From Narcine bancroftii (lineage: Eukaryota), in assembly GCF_036971445.1 (NCBI RefSeq), contig NC_091479.1:15934001-15998000 (forward strand): 64,000 bases of DNA, read 5' to 3'. The notes beneath the pieces are model-generated. The model ran no database searches. It was given only the letters and a program-made list of their open reading frames with translations, and was not told the DNA's origin. The translations under genes were made by a program, and so were the position numbers. Shown one piece after another: positions 63,181 through 64,000 of the stretch (position 1 is the first letter of the stretch; each line of letters starts with the position of its first letter).

Positions 63181-64000
63181 GTTTGGAGGTCCATGGTTGG
63201 GGGGGGTGGGGTGGTTGGGTTTGGAGGTCCATGGTTGGGGGGGGTGAGGTGGTTGGGTTTGGAGGTCCATGGTTGGGGGGGTGGGGTGGTTGGGTTTGGA
63301 GGTCCATGGTTGGGGGGGGTGAGGTGGTTGGGTTTGGAGGTCCATGGTTGGGGGGGGGTGGGGTGGTTGGGTTTGGAGGTCCATGGTTGGGGGGGTGGGG
63401 TGGTTGTGTTTGGAGGTCCATGGTTGGGGGGGGTGAGGTGGTTGGGTTTGGAGGTCCATGGTTGGGGGGGTGGGGTGGTTGGGTTTGGAGGTCCATGGTT
63501 GGGGGGGTGGGGTGGTTGTGTTTGGAGGTCCATGGTTTGGGGGGGTGGGGTGGTTGGGTTTGGAGGTCCATGGTTGGGGGGGTGGGGTGGTTGGGTTTGG
63601 AGGTCCATGGTTGGGGGGGGTGAGGTGGTTGGGTTTGGAGGTCCATGGTTGGGGGGGGTGGGGTGGTTGGGTTTGGAGGTCCATGGTTGGGGGGGGTGGG
63701 GTGGTTGGGTTTGGAGGTCCATGGTTGGGGGGGGGTGGGGTGGTTGGGTTTGGAGGTCCATGGTTGGGGGGGTGGGGTGGTTGGGTTTGGAGGTCCATGG
63801 TTGGGGGGGGGTGAGGTGGTTGGGTTTGGAGGTCCATGGTTGGGGGGGTGGGGTGGTTGGGTTTGGAGGTCCATGGTTGGGGGGGGGTGGGGTGGTTGGG
63901 TTTGGAGGTCCATGGTTGGGGGGGGTGGGGTGGTTGGGTTTGGAGGTCCATGGTTGGGGGGGGTGGGGTGGTTGGGTTTGGAGGTCCATGGTTTGGGGGG
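63181..64000. repeat. G-rich minisatellite B (about 38 bp unit, more than 21 copies, runs off the window)
   Basis: Repeated GTTTGGAGGTCCATGGTTG(n)TG(G/A)GGTGGTTGG. Confidence 0.95.

Noticed and set aside
62187-63989. Long Pro-rich and Gly-rich ORFs (up to 600 aa)
   Set aside because: Translations of G-rich minisatellites in multiple frames; only 62499-62592 has exon features.

Overview
Eukaryotic (vertebrate) genomic DNA, not prokaryotic. The repeat landscape (CR1/HER1-type LINEs, Rex1-like tails, V-SINE-type tRNA-derived SINEs, Penelope-like relics, RTE, L1) suggests a cartilaginous fish; this is inference. The minus strand carries the IgV (3092-3442) and IgC (1196-1492) exons of CD276/B7-H3, with a probable non-coding first exon and CpG-island promoter at about 49.3-49.6 kb. 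The leader exon could not be located, and the TM/cytoplasmic exons lie beyond the left edge. On the plus strand, a signal-peptide exon at 62499-62592 is most likely exon 1 of neuroplastin (NPTN), head-to-head with CD276 as in human. Everything else is intron or intergenic DNA dense in mobile-element relics and tandem repeats, and nearly all listed ORFs are spurious or TE-derived. The most notable non-coding structures are: about ten minimal-hammerhead-ribozyme-like cores in Penelope-like ends; a 10 x 144-bp array of about 40 co-oriented CTCF-core-like motifs next to the NPTN promoter; a 1.1-kb inverted duplication between the two promoters; two local templated duplications; an RTE insertion with a twin-priming-type 5' inversion; and two hairpin MITEs placed symmetrically around the IgC exon. 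No new protein-coding system was found.
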